This document shows, piece by piece, positions 56,601-64,000 of a DNA stretch of 64,000 nucleotides. The position numbers were made by a program, and so were the translations under genes. The notes beneath the pieces are model-generated. The model had not been told where the DNA came from. It did no database searches and saw nothing but the letters and a program-made list of their open reading frames with translations. Position 1 is the stretch's first letter, and each line of letters starts with the position of its first letter. Origin of the DNA: Raillietiella orientalis (lineage: Eukaryota); the NCBI GenBank assembly GCA_036172245.1, contig JAYWIR010000006.1, forward strand, positions 3,224,001-3,288,000, read 5' to 3'.

Positions 56601-59600
56601 TTTCGGAGGTGGACCCTGCGGGTCCCGCAGGAGCACCGTTGTCCGCGAGAGGGCACACGCACGCGGAAAAGCCTCTGCCGCCACTGTCCTCTACCACCGG
56701 TCAGGGGAGTTCGCTGCCAGGAACCTCCGGGGTCGACCGTGGATCCCGCTTCTGATGTGGGCCCGGGCATGGCCCACCTCCTCGATCTCCCGGACGTGCG
56801 CGCCGGCCGTCGGTGGCTCAGCGATTTCCGCCGCAGCCACCTCGCTTTCGGTCACTGGAGTCCCTCCCCCTTTCCGCTGGCTCCCAGCGTCCCGCCGCGC
56901 AGGGAAGGGGCGCGGCGCTTCCGCAGGCTTCTCCCGGTCGCAACGGGTCGATCGGATCGACCGCCGCGCGCAAGGGGACGGCGGTGCCGCCGACCTGCTC
57001 GGATGGCGCACGTTTCCGTGACCGCGGAACATCAGCGTTAGTGCCATGCGTGCCGGCGGGTCACGTCGCTGGGAGCAAGGGAGACCGCAGCCCCATTAAC
57101 TATTCAGGAGCCCGTGGGAAGGGGGAGGAGCGGAGGGCGCGCGGAGGCGCGGCAGGGAGGTGGCGCCACCTCCTTCCCCGGGATTTCCGAGAGCGGCCAC
57201 TGGAGGAAGGCGGCGACGGCTGGAAGGCGGCAGAAGGAGGGGTCGACAGGAAGTGAAAGGGCGAGCGGGGGGATTCGGGATGGAGGAGAAGGAGGAATGC
57301 GTGGGGCAGCAGCTGCCGGCTGGCTGCACACGCGCGTTCCTCCGCGCACTGCGCTCCCCTTTGTAGGCGAGGGTGGGGGCGGCTCCTAGATGTTGCGCGC
57401 GCCGTTCCATTCTCTCGGAGGGGGCAGTGGGAGGACCAAGGGGGATGGGGGGTGGGTGAAAACCGGGGCACGATGCGAGACCGGCTGCCGCGACCTTCTT
57501 CCTTCCCTCTTCCCTTTTCCTTCTTGCTCTTTTTGGCCTTCCGGATGGCGGATGGCGACGTCGTAGGAGCTACCGCTCTCCTCCCCGCGTTGGTCCCGAG
57601 CTTCAGTGCGCACCACACCGCTCCTGGACCCTCAGTCCGGTCCAGAGGTCCCCTGCACCTCTGGTCCTGACGCTGGGAACGGGAAACGACTCCCCCGTCC
57701 TTCTCCTTCTGCTCGCTCGTCACCGCCTGACCAGAAGACCTCGGAACGAAAGACGAAAAGCCAGGAGCTACGCACCAGCAGCATCCGACCCCGCAGTGGG
57801 GGACTGCGAAGATGCCTCCGGACTCCACCGCTCATCCCGACGCAAGGAGCGATGATAGAAACAGAGAAGACGCCAGCAGACTCACGGCGACGGCGCCCTG
57901 TCAAGGCCACGCACCCCTCGATGCATCCGCAACCCCTCCTGCTCTCGAGGTCAGAGGCCTCGCCGTCTTCGGTGGTGGGGCCTGCCTGAAATGCGAAGGC
58001 ACTCCGGTTCGTTGCCGTCGTTCCTTCCGCGCCGGCGGCCGTCCTCTCCTGAGCTTTCGACCCCTTCTTTAGCAGCTGCGCGCGGGTCTCAGACGACCTC
58101 ACCGGGAAGCTGACCCGCTGCAGATCCGCCCGCGGCGAGCTGTGAGGCCTCTGCCGTCTCGGAGAGCCCGAGGCCCTCCATTTCCGTTTCCTTCGGAGCA
58201 CATCTCCAGCCTGCGACCCCTGCAGCTCTTCGGAGGATGCTCGGGTGAACTGTCTCGCACGTCCTCCCGGGATGTCAGCGAGGATACCCTTCCGCTTTTG
58301 ACGTGGACCGCGAGCGCGCGCCTCGCCCGGTTTCAGACCTCAAACCGGTTGGGTTCCTCCTAGTTTCCCTTCCCACCGCACCCACCAAGAGTCGCGAGTA
58401 TTCCTGCTCTTCTCACGCAGCCACCTCGATCAAGGAGACGCTTTCCGGACCGCAGATGCTCTTCAGACGAAACGGTGCCACCCACCCACCCCCTAACACT
58501 CACCCCAGAGCATCATACAGCTTTGGCACACCAGAGATCCGGATTCCTCTGAAACTTGGACCCTAGACTCACTACGTGGATTTACGTCTTTGGTCCCTCA
58601 AGCTGGAAAGAATGGCAGCTGCTACGGGGACTCGCGGAAGACGAAAACTTCCGCTTCCGTTCGTCCTCATTGTGGCGGTTCCTCCTTTCCCTCACCAGTT
58701 GCTGTTTGCGGAAGAGGCGCACCAGTTGTGCGGTCCTCGCTTCTCTCCGTGAAGCCCAGCGCATCCGACACGCGTTCCTCGAATGTCTCCGAGACGGACC
58801 CTCGATTGGACCACCCTGTCGAAGTAGGCTACTAGGACCAAGGGTGTCGGCAAGGAGGAGGAAGAAGATCCTGACATCCTCAGCAAATCGGCTGCTGGCT
58901 CGTTCCTGATGCCGTTTGCCAGGCTGCATCATCTCGTCCGGTCGTGTTGAACGCAGCGGCTCTGATTCGCTCCCGGGAGATGGGATGTCGATACCCCACC
59001 CTTTCTATCAGGCGGGACCTCCTCCAAACTTCCCTTCTCTTACGCGGCGGCGAACTCTGCGGTTCTCCAACGGCTTCTGTCTGAGAAATTCCTCGTCTTA
59101 GGATGCTGCAGAGCACGCAGCATCACCACCACCACCGCTGCTGACTCTACTTGTTTCCTCGTCTCACAGCCGGCAAAGGAATGGCAGAGCCACCATCCTG
59201 GTGTGCTCTTGCAGCATCCCTCTCCGAAACTGGAACGCTGTTTTTTGCTTCGTCTTGGAAGGAAGATGCCTCTCCGTGAGGCTCATCTGAAATCCTCTTC
59301 ATCCGACCTTTCATAATCGGATGATAGTGCTGGACATCTGCTGGCCGTTCGAGGATGAAAGAGAGACAGCTAAGAGGCAAAACAGGAAAAGAAGGCAGAG
59401 AGGCAGCGAGGCAGAGAGGGGCAACAATGCAGGGTGCATGCCCCCCTCGCTGGCTCTCTGGGAGTGTGGGATCACGAAAACGAAGTGCTCTAGGACCTCG
59501 GAATTCCAAAGAAGCACTCGGAGAAGGTGAGGCACTGGATGGTAGCTTCGTGTATCCGGCACTCCAGCGACATCTGTGCAGCCCATGTCCCACGAGGGAG

Positions 59601-62600
59601 CGACAGCCAGATGCAGCCAGAGAACTCCAGCTGTCATCTCTCGCGAGACGGGGGACAAGAAGTCGGGAAAGCAACAGGCTGAGGGGTAACGAGCGCCCTA
59701 GATGGACAGATGAGGAATCGAGGAAGAATGTCAAAATTCCCCTCCCCCCTTTCCTGTAATGTGATTGAAATCGTAAATTTTAAGCAGTAAAACTTCGCTG
59801 TCTGACCTTTGACCTTCTAGACTTCCTTCCAGTTCGAGAGTCATCCCAGCATATGGGTAGAAATCCGTCGGTAGATTTTGGTTTCACCACTGCAACCATC
59901 TTTCGTCTCGTTGGACGGTGCTTCCCCTTCCGATGCAGCGTGTCCTGCGCTGATCACAAAGAAAGGTTGCTCTTCCTTTGGGAAAGGAGGGCAGGGGCTG
60001 TTGGTCACCGGGTTGAATCACCCGGCGGCAGCGTGTTCCAATTTCGGCCTCGGTAACGACGCGCTGCCGCTACCGCGTGAAACGGCAAGGGCCTGAAGAC
60101 TCTCCAAGAAGGGAACGCGGAGCCAGCACCCTGCCTCTTGAGCAGCGACCCTTTGCCGCTTGTCTTTTCCCTGGCACCGCCGCGGACCTGGATCTCTCGA
60201 CTGCGTTGCATCAGACGCGACGGACTCCGAAAGTTGCCACGGGAACAGCAGCGGTCACCCAGGGTTTCTCGATGCCTGTCGCGAAGGCGAACCTGAGGGC
60301 AGTTCAAAGTCTTCCTTTTGAACTCCCCGGGTCCCTTGAGGAGGAGCCAGAGTTCCGCACGGTAAGATGTCTGTTTTTAGACTGGAGCGCCACCTTAGAT
60401 TGTCCATTCATGTAAGAAAAGCATCACCTAATAGCACGTACAGTACAAAACTGTGTGCGGAACATTGGTGATTCGTGTCAAAGACAAAAACACATTCTCT
60501 ACTGGAATGTATCTACCTGTTAATTGTTGAATTACCTACATAAGTAGGCACCTATTATTCGAAAAGAATGTTTTGGAAGTGTCCAATTTAACGATTGAAA
60601 CATTCCCGGATGCTAAATCCAAAATTCTCTGCAGTGATAACCTTTTCTGCTCACTTTCTAAATTGAACTCTACACATCAACACTGATAGAAAGTGCTAAG
60701 GACACGAAGACCAACACCTGGTCTTGTACTTGGCCCCTTCTCCTCGTCAATACTCTTGACTAAGAAGTGAAAATTTACGAAATGAAAGCGGTCGAACTTC
60801 TCAGAAGAGGGTGTTTTCCTTTTCTCCGTCTCTTGGAGGCCTTTCAAAAAGGTTTGCCATGTCTACGTAAGGAGACCAGCGCCCAAACAGCTTACTGTGC
60901 AGCGGAAATGGTCACCTGAGGAAGGCGATGGAGATGAATGACCCTTTCAGAGTGGAAAGGAGATCCTCTGAAGGGCCAGCCAACTTCTCCTTTCCATGGC
61001 TTCAGCGAGGTCACGTGATTCAGAGCTTCCTTCCGGTGTTCGAATTAGCTGTGAAGCGCCTTTCAGATCGCGTATCGCCACAGTGGGCTTTGTCAACAGC
61101 ATCTCCAAGGGATCACCCGTTTTGACCGAACACGGCTCTCCCCTCCGAAATTCCCACGAGCTTCGCAGTCCGTGCACCTCTGGATCCTCAAATCCTCTTC
61201 GACATTCTCAACCATCTTCCTTTCGTTTCCCTTCCGGAACAGCGTTTTCCTTCTCCCGCGGATCGCACCTGAGGAAGCCTCAGAAACTCAGATCCTGTCT
61301 TCTTCAGAGAAAACCCTTGTCAGAGTCTTCCGTCGAGCTCCATGGTACGGTTTCCTCTCAAGAAGGTGGTGTTGGTCTGTCCACCCAGTAATCTCTCCTC
61401 GGTCAATGCTTCGTCGTGAAAACCACTCGATGTCTCCTGGTCATCCTTGGACTTCCCATTCCAATGGGAAAGACGTACGGTTTCAGTCACAGTTCCAGGT
61501 GGACTGAAGGCTTCAGAAGAAATCCTCGAGGTAATTCCTGTGATGAGAAGAAAAGAATCAAAGCACAGGATGGACCAGGCGGACAACGCGAGGAGAAAAG
61601 TCACTGTCTTCCTACCTCGAACAGTTTCTGCTCTTCCGGAGGGTTTTTTTCCCCCGCCGTTCTCTGTCATGTGATTTCCAGGAACTGCCGAAGCCGTTCC
61701 CTGCATTCCAGGGAATGCAGTTTCCCTGGAAGAATGGAGGAGTGGCTCACCTCGCGCGACCGTGGTCAGTTGAGAAGATCTCAAGTCTTGGCAGGGTGAG
61801 TGTAGAATCGTTTCAACCTGATGGAACTGTTCGGGAGAGAAAGGCGCTGCGGAATGGTAAGTGGCATTGGCCAGACTAGACATGAAAGCGCTTCAAGTAC
61901 CTGTTGAGAACGCGGAGGAATACAAGTAGTTTGTCTCGAACCTTGAAGTTTCTTTGAAAAACAAAAGTGGTTCGATTTTATGGTACTTGCGTGCCACTAA
62001 GAGGTGGGATTGTCAGCGCTGACATTTTGAAGAACAGGAGAAACGGGTTCTTTGGTTCAAATGGCTCTTTGTGAAGCATTCATAATCACAATTATTATTA
62101 CAAGGACATCAGATGTCTTGTGGAAGAACTGGAAGTTGAAGACAGTGATGGTGTTCTCCACACGATGGAGCACATCTGAATCTTTTCCCTCATGATTTTT
62201 TGTTTTCGAAGGCCTTCTTTCATAGGTCCAATGCTTCCTCTGAGACTCTGCTGGGGGAGTTTTCACGGGGTACAGCGTCTGGGATTGCACTTATGATTAG
62301 AGGCGCTGCCTCTTTCTGTAAAGAGGATGAAAGAGTGAGTTGCGAAAAGGAATTCAATTCTTTAACCATCTTTTGCTTCGGTTCTTCGAGATTCCGAACT
62401 ACTCAGTACCTCGGGATTTGCCAACTACCACAAAAGGAGACACAAAAGAGTGTCAAGAGAAGAAGCGAAAGTAAGACGGAGATCTCTTGCTCCCAACAAC
62501 CGATTGTTTGTTTTCATTATTCATTACGTTCGAGAGCTTTCCTTTTAGCTGCAAAGCGAAAGATGACCCACAGGAAGATAAATCCCCCCTTTAAGGCCAT

Positions 62601-64000
62601 TCTAATTTTCATGGATGCTGCGCTGGTTTCATGCTATTGAGGACTCTCGTTTTCTCGCAGCGATAGGATACAGGCATCTTTCCTATGAAAATGTTGGGCG
62701 ACCTCTTGAGGAAAAAATGTGCCCGTTTCCAGTCATGTCAAAGGTGACCACGGTCATAAAGGAAGTCGTGATGCTCTTTCGGGACTCAATATCATTAATG
62801 CGCAACGAGGCTAAACTGTTTTGATGATATCATTCTACTTTTGGTTCATAGGCTTCATATCTGGAGGATGAACTGCTTACGCGTGCTTGTTTTCCAGATC
62901 TTCGAGCAGTCTAGGTTGTTGCCAAGGTTGGGAAGTACTTGAATGCTTTTCGATTCCAGCAGCCGAAAGTTTAAAGACAAGATGACCATTTTGGTAAAGT
63001 CTGATCACGGAGAGTCATGTAATTATGCTGAAGAGTCAAAGTGGAGTATACTGTGAGCGCTCCCTCTTGCTCCGCCTACTCAAGAGATCTTAGGGGTTGA
63101 AAGAAAGGGTTGAACTTTTCTCGATTTTCAGGAAGTCGGCAATCAGAAATCGTTTGGGCTTCAAGCTTTCTCATCGTCCTTGCATAGCAACTTTTCGTAT
63201 TCTAAAGGTTCGGGAGTCCGTTCCTCTCACGCTTGGGGAAGGGGGATCGCACCTCCCACCTTGGTTGTCTGCGAAGGAAATCTCCTTCCTCATTCTCTCC
63301 GGAGGGATCCCCCGGAAGGGGGGTGGTCCTCTCCATTTCATCTTCTCCGAAGGGAACCCGCAAGGGAACCTTCACTCTTCTGAAGAGAACCCCGAAGGGA
63401 CGCTTCCGAGGTGCAGCTTCCCGTGTTGGATCGCTCTCGCTTGCTTCCTTGCACTCTGTGAAGAGGCGACTCGGAGGGTCCCTCCCGTAACAGGGGGGGG
63501 TCTGCTCCTTTGAACAACTGGAGATGTGCCCGTGAGGGCTCCTGCTCCATCTTGAAACCGGAGGGGTCCCTCCGCTGTGAGGAGTCCGCTCTCCGTTCTA
63601 CGACCGGAGGGGGGACTCCCCAGTCCTTGATTCCTGGAAGGACCCAAAGTCCAATTTCCCATTGTTCCGGCCTTCATCGGGAGGCCTCCGGCTTTATCCA
63701 CCGCCGGGGCCACGCCCGAATGTCTCGGCCAACCAGCGCCGTTGCAGGAGAAACTCGGAACCCAACGACGCAGTGGCGTCAGTTTCTGCTCAGTTCGAAT
63801 ACTGAGAGTATTCGAACCCGCAACGCATGGTACCACACGCGGAAGCCTTAACCACAAAGCCTCCGACGCGGGCTCGTATTCTGAAGGAGTGGGAACGAAG
63901 AGTTCAGGTCATCCTTGAAGCATGTGGAAGCTGAAGTTTGAAATCGGAGCCATCTTTGTGGCAATTCCAAGCTTTGCTTCCATTGATCTATTCACTCTGA
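53700..64000 (-). pseudogene. Unidentified, coding-like but ORF-broken spliced unit convergent on FoxP (pseudogene or lncRNA)
   Basis: Minus-strand GT-AG intron at 61615-61538 (CGAG|gtagga…ttcttctcatcacag|G) and a probable one at 61986-61901. Homopolymer tracts are largely lost, and minus-strand AATAAA occur at ~53568-53590. Every frame I translated is interrupted by stops and no domain was recognised. Confidence 0.3.
55423..56853. repeat. 89-bp direct repeat, copies 55423-55511 and 56765-56853
   Basis: 79/89 identical, ungapped (hand count). Confidence 0.9.

Noticed and set aside
60920..62400. One minus-strand frame interrupted only by TGA codons, suggesting selenoprotein, readthrough or an altered code
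   Set aside because: TAA/TAG are rare in all frames because TA is depleted (about 11 in total by hand count). TGA density is about random, no SECIS or Sec motif was seen, and FoxP itself terminates at TGA.
1..64000. Hundreds of 60-485 aa six-frame ORFs (e.g. 41697-43106, 44399-45676, 50564-52021, 50722-52071)
   Set aside because: Arg/Pro/Gly/Ala-rich or homopolymer-derived translations expected from high GC and stop scarcity; the real coding parts are only the spliced FoxP exons within them
1..64000. CRISPR arrays, tRNA/rRNA genes, intact transposase or reverse transcriptase
   Set aside because: No regularly spaced repeat-spacer units, cloverleaf/rRNA motifs or DDE/YxDD domains seen by inspection

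Overview
Eukaryotic (animal) genomic DNA, GC- and CpG-rich and full of homopolymer and microsatellite tracts. It is dominated by one plus-strand FoxP (forkhead box P) transcription-factor gene. I assembled 14 phase-consistent coding exons from ATG 29272 to TGA 52021 (2118 nt, 705 aa) encoding a Q-rich region, C2H2 zinc finger, leucine zipper and forkhead domain. One intron (44041-44105) has a non-canonical GC-AG boundary. The ~29 kb upstream is probably 5' intron/regulatory DNA with several candidate upstream or alternative first exons. It also holds a defective, promoter-less U6 snRNA copy on the minus strand, bracketed by a ~60-70 bp inverted repeat. The forkhead intron contains a candidate in-frame cryptic exon that shares a diverged repeat (24-nt exact core) with a site beyond the 3' UTR. 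A nested antisense ORF with a Myb/SANT-like motif lies in the 13.7 kb intron. From ~53.7 kb to the end the sequence looks like a decayed or non-coding spliced minus-strand unit that I cannot identify. FoxP motifs and the U6 variant suggest a protostome, probably an arthropod (inference; species not determinable). Almost all long six-frame ORFs are GC-content artefacts. I found no prokaryote-type systems (CRISPR, IS, operons).
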